Assembly: GCA_965202585.1 (NCBI GenBank)
Contig: OZ241826.1
Location: 109,740,001 to 109,804,000, forward strand
Direction of reading: 5' to 3'
Length of the DNA stretch: 64,000 nt
From: Thalia democratica
Lineage: Eukaryota
Shown here in pieces: positions 29,001 through 41,579 of this stretch. The translations under genes were made by a program, and so were the position numbers. Below the pieces are notes generated by a model, which worked only from the letters and a program-made list of their open reading frames with translations, searched no databases and was not told the DNA's origin. Within the stretch, counting starts at the first letter, position 1, and each line of letters opens with the position of its first letter.

Positions 29001-29149
29001 ATTTTATTATGTTTTATATAGTTACTAAATTTTTCATTTGTTACTTAATAGAATTAAGGGACTGTTAAACAAAAAAAAACTTTACTATATTGCTAGCAAA
29101 CAAATAATAAAAGTTATTAAGATTACAATTGTGAAAAAATATTGTTTCG

Positions 29150-30090
29150 TTTAATCGAGCGTGAGACTATTAAAAATTGTTACAAAAGTTTAAAATCTTC
29201 AATGCTCAGATGTAATATCAACATTGTGACAACTCTAGTTGAAACTGATTTCGAGCTAAAAAGGAGAGATAGGGTAGTGTGTTTTCTTCCAAAATGGTAA
29301 AAAGAGAAAGTGTAAAGGAATACCAGTTTCGTTTACTGTTCTTTTAAGGTAAATATTAAATAATACAAATCCGTCAATCGAAAACAAGTTATGTGATGTA
29401 ATGTTGATTAAGATTTAAAACAGGTTTCTAAAAACAGGAAATATGAACATTTACACGAAGGGTCACTTTTTCAGGAAGCGACTTTATCAGGCATTTTGCA
29501 CAGGAGTCCTTAAAAAGAAAAAAACAAAAAAAAAATACAGACCAATTGTAGCGACTAGGGGGAACAGAGAATGTAAAAAATAAGATAGAAAAGTATATAA
29601 ATATAAAACATATGTTATCAAGCAAAGGGTAAGGGGTAAAATTGATAGTAAGAAACAAAAGCAAATGTAAATTAACTAATAAAAAATATCATATAAAAAT
29701 ACGCTTCAACACGTGCAAATGTGTTTTTCAGTTTAAGAGCAAAAACTTTTATCCAAAATACAAATTATCTATTTTTGAGAAAAAACATACTAATCTTATA
29801 ATTTTTATTTATAAAACAACAAAAGTGTTAACCATTCTACTGTAATGTTTTACATAACTAAAAAAAACTTCTAACATAAACTCCAAAATCTAACGAGTGA
29901 GAATTATAATCAAACTTTATGCTTGTTCTATTTAATGCAATTGTTAAACTTTTAGCAACATTGGTTACGAAAAATTCTTTGAAATCAGCTAATTATTTTT
30001 TTTTACAAAAGTTTGTAACTTCTAAGTTTAGAAACAAAATATAAAGTTTTTTTTTATTTAAAGAAAACATTATGATAACATTAATACTTT
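29150..30090 (+). repeat. Old ~1-kb duplication, copy 1
   Basis: Co-linear anchors shared with 31435-32400: ttaatcgagcgt, aatgctca, gacaactct, gtcaatc.aaa, gggtaag.ggt.a, ttcaacac.tgcaaa, cttcta.tttaga. Confidence 0.7.
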
Positions 30091-30943
30091 TAAAAAAATT
30101 TTTGTTAATTCTATATTTTACATACAATAGTTTTAAATTTTAACAAATACTTTTTTGAAATTGTTTATAGTCAGTACCTTTTATCACATGAAAAAAACAA
30201 ATTTTTACTGACTGCAAATGAAAGATTTGATTGAAAAATGATAAACTGGTAAAACTAAATGATAAAATAAAAACATAAATACTTTATTTTAATTTTTGTA
30301 AAATTAGAAAAAAAAATTAAATATACTATCATTTTAGCTAAATTAAATTATATTAATAAGTAATTGTTTTTATTAAGTATTTGTTTAAGTAAAGAGATTT
30401 TACTACAAATAGTTTTACTAAGCGTTTCTTATAACGAATTCGATAACTAAAGGGTTTTTCTACACCTAGATTAATTATTTCAAGCGCTTGTCTGTCGTAA
30501 AATAAACCAAATTTTGTTCCTTTTTAGTACTTGTTCTATTTTTACTATACTTTATTTAATGTAAAAAAATTAAAATAATAAAGTATTAAGTTAAAATACT
30601 TTGCTTACTAAAGTATTTTATCTTGTTTTTATAAACTATATACTCCCAATTCTAGAAGCTAAAAACTTTTATTAATTCTTATATATCTAGTTTTACAATA
30701 TTCGTAAAACTTTATTCTTAATTTAAACAGGCAATATTTGTAAAGTTTCATTTTTTGCATTAGCTAAAAAATAAACTGTTAAAACAATATTTAGGTAAAG
30801 GAAAGTGTTTTTGTTAATTTAAACGTAAGTGTCAATACAATTGTCAAATACTACATTGTAAACGTTCCAACAGTGGTAACCTCTTTAAAGATTTGTTTTG
30901 AAAATGTTATAATATTTAAATACAAAAAACTTAAATATTTGTA

Positions 30944-31361
30944 GGTGAAAAATATGCACGTAGGATCACATTGGCACATAGGACCTTTTTTGCACAAAAA
31001 GTCACTTTCGTAGGAGAGTAAAAGTTGCACGGAGACACTTTTCAATGTCGTCAATTTCGCAAGAGGTGTTATATATTCTCAAAGACACTTTTGGACGAAA
31101 AATTTTTAGCACGGGTTAAAACTTTTATTATTTACATTTTTATTTTCATACTTTTTATTTTTGTTTATTTTCTTTTTACTATGACTGTTACCCCTAACCT
31201 TTACCTTCTGTTGGTAGCTTTGTTATCAATATTTTTTTTTTCTTTATTAATATTTTACTTCTGTACAAAAGCGATCCTTCTTGCAAATATTTCTTTGTAA
31301 AAAATGTACAATCGTGCAAAAGTGTCAATGTTTAAAAGTGTTCTTTTTTGCATATTTGACC
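30944..31361. mobile_element. MITE-like repeat with tttgcac/gtgcaaa subterminal arrays and an internal cctaacc motif
   Basis: Termini ggtgaaaaatatgcacg and gcatatttgacc are imperfect inverted repeats. Reiterated (t)tgcac and gacactttt motifs, internal ttacccctaacctttacc. Related inverted partial copies lie at about 29430-29700 and 31690-31990. Confidence 0.6.
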
Positions 31362-31434
31362 TTTTGCGACTAAATATAGCATTTAGCAATAGTTTTAAAC
31401 ATTGAAATTTATAGTTCTTAATTTTAGTTGTTTT

Positions 31435-32400
31435 AGTTAATCGAGCGTCAATATATAAACTTAAAAAACAAAGTTCATACGCTTAAATGCTCAACTGGAA
31501 CAGGAGCATTTTGACAACTCTGATTGAGATTCTTTTTGAGCAAAAATCGAAAGAAAGATAATTTTAATGATAAAAAGAGGAAGTGTAGAGGAATAGTAGT
31601 TTTGTTGTACTGTGAAGATAAAAATTATAAAATACAAGGCAGTCAATCAAAAATTAGTTATTTAATGCAGTGTCTGTTTTGATTTTTAGAAGAGTTCTAC
31701 TTACAAGAAATATGCATAAAGATGAAACTTTTTCACAAAGGCATTTTCGCTCAGGACTTAAAAGAAAAAGAAAAAAACAAGGAAATATAAACGAAAAAAT
31801 AACCGACTAAGGGTAATGATTAGAGGAAACAGTAAATGTAAAAAATAATAAATAAAGTATAAAAATATAAAACACAACATTACAATAATTAAAAGAAATA
31901 AAACCAACTAAGGGTAAGAGTTAGGGGTAAAGTCGATAAAAAATAAAATAAATAAAAATAAATGAGTAGTAAAATGCTAAGAGAAAAATAAGTTTCAACA
32001 CATGCAAAAATTCATTTGAGTTTAACAGCAAATACGTTTAAATAAAATTAACAATATCTTTATTAAAGAAAAAGCAGCTTAATAATATAAAAAATAGTTA
32101 TAAAATAACCAAGTAGGTTAACTGTTTTACTATTAAAATTCTCTTAAAAAATTAACTTTTAACATCAACTTAAAAAAATTACTAGAAAGAAAAAAAAAAT
32201 TTAATCATTTTTTTTAATCAACGCACTAGTTTAAATTTAATAAATGTTGATATCAAAGCTATTGCATATATTTAAGAAAATACTCGAATACTTGCCTTAA
32301 TATTTTTTACTTAACTTTATAGCTTCTAGTTTTAGAAGTAAAATACAAAACGAAGCTTTTTTATAATGAAGAATGTATCTTACTGAAAAATATATTTTGT
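31435..32400 (+). repeat. Old ~1-kb duplication, copy 2
   Basis: Shares the same co-linear anchors with 29150-30090. Confidence 0.7.
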
Positions 32401-34534
32401 TTTCAAACTAGTTTATTTTCATACTAACATCAGTTTCAAAATTAAAAGTTGTGTTGTAAAAGTACATAAACGCAAATAATCAGACTAAGTTAACTATAAA
32501 AAAAACAACCTAAATTTACAAAGCGTTATCTAGAAATTTCAAGTTATTTTATGTAAATCCCTTAATGCAAGAGTGCATTGTAAAGGAAGTAGTGACGTAA
32601 GATAAAGAAAACAGCTATATTTTGTTTGAGGTGTTAAAATATTTTATTTTATAGAAATAAAAACTTTAGAATCATCTAGGTTCAAAAAACTGTTATTTTG
32701 TTTATACTACCGCTAACTATACTAAATGTTGATTCAATTGTATTAAAAATAAGAGAATATTTTCTATTATTTTTATTGAAAATTTAAATACAATTTAATA
32801 CTTAATTAAAACCATTTTAAATTTGATTAGTTGTTTTAGTAAAGTAAATTTTACACTGATAATTATGTTGATTAAAGTTTATATGTATTTGTTTTTTATT
32901 TACTTAAAAACAAAATTAAATGTAATGAAAAACTAACTTTGAAAACTTTTCATTAAAAATTTTGTGATGATAGTATCTTAGAGATAATTTAAATTATTTT
33001 GTTACTCAACACCGTATTTCCCTTCTTACGTTTTAAAACTAGACATACTATTTATTTTTAAAATCCTTTATTTTGTTGACAACAACTTTTTAGAAGTTTA
33101 AAACTGAAATACAAGTTTTGTGTTTAGCAATTTTGAACATATAATAAATCAAGTTTATTAAGTTACCAAAACTAATAAATAACAAATGGTCAGTTGTGTT
33201 TGCAACATCTTAAAATGTATTATAATTATAAGATATACATTTAAAATTTTAAAATTCAGTCAGATTATAAACAGAGTTGGTTAGTAATTGTTTACTGGTT
33301 TTATACACTACACGTCAATTGTAGATATTGATTTCAAGCTTTATTAAACAAAAAATGATAAAGTAGGTTTCTTTTTATTTGTATAATGCACATTATGTTT
33401 AACCTAGATTTTTAGTAACAAAGTGTAGTCTTATATAGTTATAAAAAAAGGTAAAAATTCATTATCTTAAAACTAAACTTTATAGAAAGTAGCATTTTTA
33501 GAAAAAAGTTCTTTTTCTTTAGAACACTGTGGACAAGATACATTTTTTTGAACGAAACTGAGTAAGATTATTATTTTCTTTCTTTTGCGTAATCTAGAAC
33601 TGTAAAAGTAGAAGAGTATGAGCTGATAATAATTTGGATTTTTTTTTACTATGTAAAATATCAATAAAGTATCAAAAGTTATTAAACTGAATGAAATGAC
33701 GAATACATCAGCTTAAAAACACTATAAACAACATATATTTTTTTCAAAACTGATTAAATATATTATTAATATTTTTCTTTAGTTTTACTTTTGTATGAGT
33801 AAGCTATAAAGCTTGATAATGTTTTGTGATCATACTTTGAACCATTTTTAACTATACCAAATTTTTATTAGACTAGCAATTCTGAAGTTAAATTATTGCG
33901 TATCAGTCGTTATCAAATAAAATTACAAAATCTATTAATCAAAACAGCCTTAAAAAAACAAATTAAGGTTTAATAAAACCATGAAATAGTTTAAACTATC
34001 AGTTTTAAAATAAAGCTTTTTTTTTGCACTGATCAACCTACACCATCTTTTGCAATGCAAAATATTAATATTAAAACAAAAAATTTTATTATACATGTAA
34101 AAACAAAGAGTTTTTGATATAATTGGTGATAGTTAATACTAAGTAGTTTAAAATTATCGTAGTTTTTTTTTTGAATTAAATAACTAAGTATAAAAACCAT
34201 TGTTTACTTTTTGTTGTTGCAAATTAATTATTACTTTAATAAGATATTTCCTACCGAAAAAGTTTTATAATTATGATTGTGAAGTTATATGTAAAAAACT
34301 AATTATTTTTTTTGTAACTTTTAGAAAAACAAAAAAATACTTTTTAGTACTTAAAGCTGTATAAGTTATAATGAAATTGTAAGTTTTAATTTTCCAATAC
34401 AGTATACAGAGATCTCTACTTCATTATAAAATTTTAGAAATATTTAGAGCATAGAAAATAGAAATTTAGAATTGTAGACATATATGTTTTTATAACTATA
34501 CGAAAATTACTATTACATTAATAAACTTACTATT

Positions 34535-35170
34535 CTGTCAATCAAAGAAAATGTCTAACAGAGTCTAAGCCTAAAATTTTGTAAGCCATGACACAAGCTT
34601 AAGATAATATAAAGAATTAGTTAAAGCAATTCAAATTGATATAAAGTGTTATGTTTATACGACTGTATAAGTTTCAATTTGTAAAAACTACTAAAATAGA
34701 AGTTAAATCTTTTAATTTGTTGTAGTATTTATTGCCTAACTAAATCAGTTTAATCCTACATAATGTAATTTTAATCCTAACTAATGTAATAGTCAATTTA
34801 ACTTTCCTTTGTTCAACAAAATTAATTAAAATTAGTATTAAAAATGAAAAATGTACAGCTGTTTATAATCAACGGATTATTATTTTTATCGTTGGCATCC
34901 GAAGTTCCGTATCAATTTTTCAGTTGCTTCTAAAAAAAATACTACAATACTACAAACGTTTAAAGATCCTAAATTTGTAAGTTCAAACATTTTTTTTAGA
35001 AAAAGTTTTTAAGTTTGCATTTTTTCTGAGAATTTTCTGTTTCAAACTAAAAATATTATAAAAACAAACTACTTTGTTGTAAGTAGAACTTCAAAGCAGT
35101 CAATGAAATTATCTGCAAAAATCTAACAGAGCCTAAGCCTAATAATCTTTTGCCAAGAGACAAGTAATTA
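34535..35170 (+). repeat. Short diverged direct repeat pair
   Basis: tctaacagagtctaagcctaa (about 34554) and tctaacagagcctaagcctaa (about 35123), each preceded by gtcaat and followed by gcca...gac.caag. Confidence 0.55.
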
Positions 35171-38100
35171 ACATAAAAGTATAATTATATTTATTTAATT
35201 TGAAATGTACTTATTATACGTTTATAAATAACTTCAACGAAATAAATTTTCATAGTAATATATAATTATAAATTTCTTTAAAAATTAAGTAAAGTATAAT
35301 ATTTGAAAGAAATAACTATAAATAAGTCTACTATTATTGTTTAAGTTTACTTTATTTTTTATACTAACTTAATCTAAACAAAGTACTATTAGTTTTAATA
35401 TGCACGATTAATCTTTTCACAGTTTTCTATCAACGCATTGACTTGTATATCATAAACGTTGGCCTCAAAAATTGTGTAGAAATTTTCTTTTTTTAGTAAA
35501 AGTTAACTTTTAATGTAACGGTGAAACTTTTTAGCTTCTTGAACTAGAAGTAAATTATGGCTATTTAAAAGCATAAAATCAGATGTTTTACATAAGTAAA
35601 AAATAAATATTTATTAAGCAGTTTGATACTGGTAAATTTTATACACAAATTGTAGTTTGAATAGTTTTATTACAGAAAATTTTCAATAAGGAAAGGTAAT
35701 TAAATAATATTTTTTAATATACTTTTAATGAAATTACATTATACTTATTTTAAACAATTAAAAACGATATTATTCGTAGTATTTCAGTTAAAAAGATGAA
35801 TAAAGTTTTATTTTTAACAAACAGTGGTGAGTTTATTGTTTTAACTGTATTAAAAAAAATTACAACTAAGTTAGTCGCTTCTCTTAATTTCTAATCAAAG
35901 CCTAATGTTGTTCAAACTTTACTAGGTGCATATTTTGGAACTATTGTACTAGTTTAAAGTTAAAATGTATAAACTAACTTTCAAGTTTGTTTACAAACTT
36001 ACATTTTATTTATTTTTTGAGTTAGTACTATTTTTATATATAAACAGTATATTTCAAGTAAAAGATAAAATTTTACTTTCAAAATTAAGAACATAGTAGA
36101 TTCTCAAACTAAACGTTTATAATTAGCATTAAAAATCATCTTTCTTTAGTATATTAAATATAAATGCTATACTTTTTAAATAGGCTAAAAAAAATATAAC
36201 AAACTTGAACATTGAAATAAATTTAAACAAATGCGACTAATAGTAAGATCATAATAGCACAAATATGCTGTAAACTTTTTTTTATACTTCTACATTAAGA
36301 AGCTATAAACTATAAGTTTGGAAAACAACCAAATTACTAGTGAACACAATTTTTTTGAGTAAATACATTAAATCACAAGTTGTGGTTTTTCATCTATTAA
36401 GTTAACATCTTAATTTTATACATATGTTGCTTGAACAATTTACATTAAAGTTATAAAGTCAAGTTTATAAAAATACTGTTAAAAGTATTTTATTTATTTT
36501 ATAGTTTTCTAAATAGTAAAGATAACAACTGTAGATAAGAAACACTACAATCAAAAACTTTTTTTTCTCGTAATAATTACAAAAAATGCAACAGTTTTAA
36601 AGTAGTATAAACTTTTGATAAAACTTTGACTCAAAATTTTAGTTCCGTATTTATATTGCCTACTTTGTTGTTCATATTTCTTTAAATTGATTTAAATTAT
36701 TTTGCTTTCTTTTTTACTATTTATATATTTAAACTTTCAATTAATGTATATGATGAAATGTCACAAACGTAGACCTCTAAAGTTTGTAAAAAATTAACAA
36801 AGTTTCAAAAATTCTACAAAAATTTAATTATAGTTTAAAAGTTTGAAGCTTCTACAAACGGATGTAACACATAAATGATGAATAACTAAAAAAAAGCAGG
36901 CGTTCAAACAAAGACAATGTTTTAAAGTTGATATAGTTAAAAGACACAAACCAAAAGTAAGGTTTAGATAAAAAAAGTGCTAATAGTGAAAATGGTAATT
37001 GCAACAGTATATTACATTTCTAATACTTACTACTTAAAACAAATACTTTAATCTTTTAGTTGTTTTATTTTTTACAGAATATATTTTAAATATTATTGTT
37101 AATTTTTAATGACAAAGATACTTTACCTGTAATTACATACTATTCAACCTAATTTAGCTATTTACCTTAAACTATTTAAAATTAAAAAATAAAAATTAAT
37201 GTTAAAATATAGTTTTGTAGATAGATATTTTAATATAAAGGTTTGTTTTCGATTTACAAAAGCTTAATAGTTATTGTTACTTTATGTTTCAAAAAATACT
37301 TCCTTTGAAAATTTAAAAGAACAAATTTTGTTTTATTTTAATTATATAAGTATTATACTAATCATCTGCTAAATATAATCCTACCCTAAAATTCGTACTT
37401 AAGTTTAAACTATTTTCTTAACTTTTTCTCAAAAATTAATTAATTTAGAAAAATTTTTACGTTATTTTACTTCAAATTTAGAAGCTCAAAAAGAGATTTT
37501 TTAACATAAATTTGCTTAAAATAGTTATCTCAGCTTCATTTTTTATATATTTTATTTTCTGCTAAAATAAAAAACATCTATAACTATTCTTTTAACATTT
37601 GCTTGCAAAAAAAATTATAATGGTAATAAAATATAAAAAAAAGTCTAAAATGAAAAAACTATAATAATAAAAAATAGAGAAAATACAATATTTTAAACAT
37701 TTTATTGCTAAAAAGGTCATAGTATTTTTCTTTTTAGTATTTAATGAACACATTATCTAAACTTTCACTAGCTTAATTTTTATATTTAGAAAATCCTCTT
37801 TAACTTAGTTACTTCTGATAAAGATGTAGGAAAAATCTAAAGGAACAAACTAAAATAATTTTTTTTAATTTTTCTAATAATAATTTAAAAGAGATTATGG
37901 AAAAATAATTCATCATCAATTCCTTTGTTGTAGTTAATAATTAATTTTGTATAAAATCAATTGTACTAAAGTTTCACCCTTACAATTAAAAAAGAAACAA
38001 CAAAATGAATCAAGTGGAAAACTTTTAATTTGAAAAAATCTTAAACGTAATATTTGATTGTTTACAAATGTTAGTGTTGAAAGTTTTGTACATTTTTCAG

Positions 38101-38857
38101 AAAGTATTTTAAAAATTGGAATGGATGAAGTCATGAAAATTTGTACCTTCTAGAAATAGAAGTAACTTAATTAAAAGATTTAAAGATAAATATGCATATA
38201 TTGTTATGAAGGAAAAACGTTTTTATACATTTTATAGCGATTATAGAGTAATCATATACACAAATCTAGATATAAATATATTTTTTTTTATTTTTGTACT
38301 CTTTTTAAAGGGAATATAAATTTTAGCCGTTTATAAATAAAGAGTTTGTTTTTTAAATTGGACGATTTTTTTTTAAACACAAATATAACAAAATTGTAAA
38401 CTATATTGACAAAAACATTTGATATGATAAAAAAATTTCAAGATAAATATGCAAATACTGTTAGAAGGAAATTTTTTTTTTTATATATCTTTAATATTTA
38501 TAGAATATGGTATAAACAAATTAAATAGTATATATAATTTTGATTGTTTTTATATTCTTTCTATAGAATATACAAATTTATTCAGTTATAAATAAACAGT
38601 TTGTTTTATGAAGTAAAAGAAGAGTTTTTTTAGAAAACTCAAGTAAATTAATATTGTAAGCAATATTTACAATAGCTCAAAAAAATATTTGTTAATTTTA
38701 ATCCTAATATATATATATATATATATGCCTGTATTCTTTTAAATCTTAAAAAGAATAAAAAAATTTGTTTTCATGTTTCTAATTATATTTAATTTTGGTT
38801 TATAAAACTTAGTTGTTTTAGATTCTAAAAGTTATAAAAACCTTATTTAAAATACAT

Positions 38858-39600
38858 TATCTTTCGCACGTTGCTTGTGGTTGGTCTGATGGACCAGGTT
38901 GGCTACGGCGCGATGAGTGTGGGTCAACACCCCTTTTGTTAATCCCTCTGTTTATATTACGTTGGCTACAGCGAGTTTCGGGGTTGATGACCTTGTCTAA
39001 AGTATGATGTATGTTCTCTTTAGAGAACATACTATCCTTTTTGGTGGGCTTGGATCTGTTACTCATTGTGCTATACCAAGAGTTAGGTGTGGCCCACTAG
39101 TTTATTTTAAATTAATTTAAGTTGGTTTGTAAATTTCAGAGATTTATAAGAGTACCAAAAGCTGCTTGCTACTTTAATTAATTATCAACAACAAAGCTTA
39201 TTTATTCAATTTTATGTAAAACCAAATTACACATAGTTTCAATATAATTAAGTATTAACACCAAAGTTTATTTATTCAAATTTATGTAAAACCAAAGTAC
39301 AAATAACTTCAATTTAATTTTATTAACAGCAAAATTTATTTATTCAAATTTATGCAAAACCGAAGTTAAATTAACTTCAATTTAACTTTCTTAGAAATAT
39401 ATCAATTTAAGAGACAGAACTAAAAATAAGAGATTAATAACAATACTCACAATTTAGCACATAGAAAAGTCAACCTTGAGCTGCCACACATCTAATAATC
39501 TAAATATAAGGCGGCAATTTAGAAAGTTAACAAATTAGAAAAAAACCCTAATTAGAGAAAACTCTTTTGCTGAATTTAATTTATAGCCAGAGGCGTTACA
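38858..39600 (-). repeat. 3' LTR (743 bp)
   Basis: By my alignment identical to 43912-44654 except at 39329/44383 (g/t) and 39513/44567 (g/a). Reads TGTAAC...AAAGATA on the minus strand. Confidence 0.97.
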
Positions 39601-39612
39601 TTTTCCCCTCTT
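39601..39612 (-). promoter_or_regulatory. Polypurine tract
   Basis: AAGAGGGGAAAA on the minus strand directly abuts the 3' LTR start TGTAAC. Confidence 0.9.
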
Positions 39613-41171
39613 ATAAAATATTTTTAGAATTTTAACTTGGGTGTTTTAGATAAACATTAGTTTTAAGGTGTTAAACGTTTGTTAAACTGAAAAAAACTTT
39701 AAACATAGTCAAGGTGAAAACCATTATACACTAGAGCACTCAACTTAGAGATATATAAGCATGCAACATAAGTTTATAACTTTCTTTTTGTAATTTACAT
39801 GTAATAATCAGAAATAATATTTTAAGAGATACTTATGGTCATCAACTTTATGTGCTAGAAGGTACTTGCATATAACAACCTTTATGAGCTAATTCAAAAT
39901 CTGGATTTAAACACTCTACTAGCTATTTTTAAAGTAAAATTAAAACTATAAGTATTTAAATATAGTAAATGCTTAAGACACTTTTTAAGTGTGGTAAAAA
40001 TGCTTTTTTTAACAAAATAAAAAAGAAATTCTAAAGAAATTGTAAAGAAAAGACTTTTTTTAAAATATAAATTCACAAATTCCTAATTACAATCATGACT
40101 CAAAAATTTTTTAAAAGTCAATGTTTACCGTTCATGATGATGGTTCCTTACTCTTACACTGGAGGTTGAGGCTCGGCCTCTTCTTACCGCCTTCTCCTCC
40201 TCTTCTCTGGTTGCTCCAGCTGCGGCCGCTCTTCTTGTAGTGGTTCTCCCGGAACTCTGGCGGGAAGTTTGGCTCCAATGACGTCCTTCTCCGCGAATTA
40301 ATCGCTGGCGACCTGGCGTTGTTCACCATCGTCATCAACGCCAACGGATTAGGGTCTGCTTGACATCATCAGCAGACGGGTTGGCATTGCCCCCATGGCA
40401 TCCGAAGGTGTGCTGCCATGTATGCATTTCCAGACGAATCGACATCGTCACTACAATTCTGCTGTACGTAGTGGCAGCCTGTTCTTATTAGAATGGTTCA
40501 TTCTGAGGTCTCTGGGGTGTGGCAGTTCGACTTACCCCACCAAACTAGATGAGTGAAAGTTACTGAGCCATGATTTTTACAATTTGCTTGGCAAGCTTTC
40601 CCAGTGCATTTTCGAATGAATAATGAGCATTTAATATGGTCCACAAAGTTCACCATTACATGTTGTTATACACACAAAAAAAGTGAATATTAGAAAAGGT
40701 TAGATTTAAAAATTAACAGAAACATGCTTTTTAAATTTAAAACTATAAAGTTTTTAAAACAATAGAAACCATCAAACTGTAGATAGCAGGTTTTCTTAAA
40801 GAGTTTTTTTGTGTTTGAAAAAAAATATATATATAGTTTCATTGAACAGGAGACAATCAAAACTCAATGCAATATAGAAAACTTTAGATTATTATATAAA
40901 ATATCACACAGTACCTATTTTAGCTAAGATAATTACAAAAAAAAAAAACATGTCTATAAGATACTAATTTTTAATGGTTGTACAAATAAATAAAAATCAA
41001 AAACCCCATTAATTTTAAAATTAAAAAATTCTTAAAGTTAAGTCATTTAACGGTAATATAAAAAATGCAAGCAGCTTCTAGGTGTTGTACAAAAAAATCA
41101 GTGAAAATCAACTGTTGCTTATTTGAATAAGTCCTAAAGAAGTATTCATCTAAAAAGTACCAACTATCTTT

Positions 41172-41579
41172 TTATGCTTGTACAAAAAAGGAAGAAATCT
41201 TGCATAGTTGAGAGGTAGATGGCAGGATCGCTAGTTCGTTCTTTCTTAACAGGTCCATGCCAATAATGCCAAAGTGGCCAGATTCTTGAGTAACCCAGAA
41301 CGATTGGTTGATGGGTTCTAAACTCCCCAATTGAAGTTCGACATCCGCGCTACCAATGGGAAGGGTTGTTTTGTTACCAAACCCTTGGATGGTTCTACTT
41401 TGTTTAGGAAAATATTTGTCTATACCGTTAGTCAACTCCTTCGGCAGGATTGAAATTTCGGATCCGCTGTCAACCAAAAAGATAACATTTGTGTTTGAAT
41501 CCGCTACAAATAGTAGGCCCTGAGGGAGGTTCTTCGGTTTGGGTGCAGGGAATTTATTCAGTTGAAATGTCCATTTTTT
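41172..41579 (-). CDS. Retrotransposon aspartic protease; pol truncated after PR
   Basis: The frame is open upstream of the tracked start: KKWTFQLNKFPAPKPKNLPQGLLFVADSNTNVIFLVDSGSEISILP...FWVTQESGHFGIIGMDLL. It carries the DSG active site and the IIGMDLL motif, and stops at 41172 with no RT downstream. Confidence 0.9.
   Translation of the reverse strand, partial: KKWTFQLNKFPAPKPKNLPQGLLFVADSNTNVIFLVDSGSEISILPKELTNGIDKYFPKQSRTIQGFGNKTTLPIGSADVELQLGSLEPINQSFWVTQESGHFGIIGMDLLRKNELAILPSTSQLCKISSFFVQA

Noticed and set aside
38857-39066. 69-aa ORF MSNRSKP...
   Set aside because: Not a separate gene. It is the gag N-terminus duplicated in the 3' LTR.
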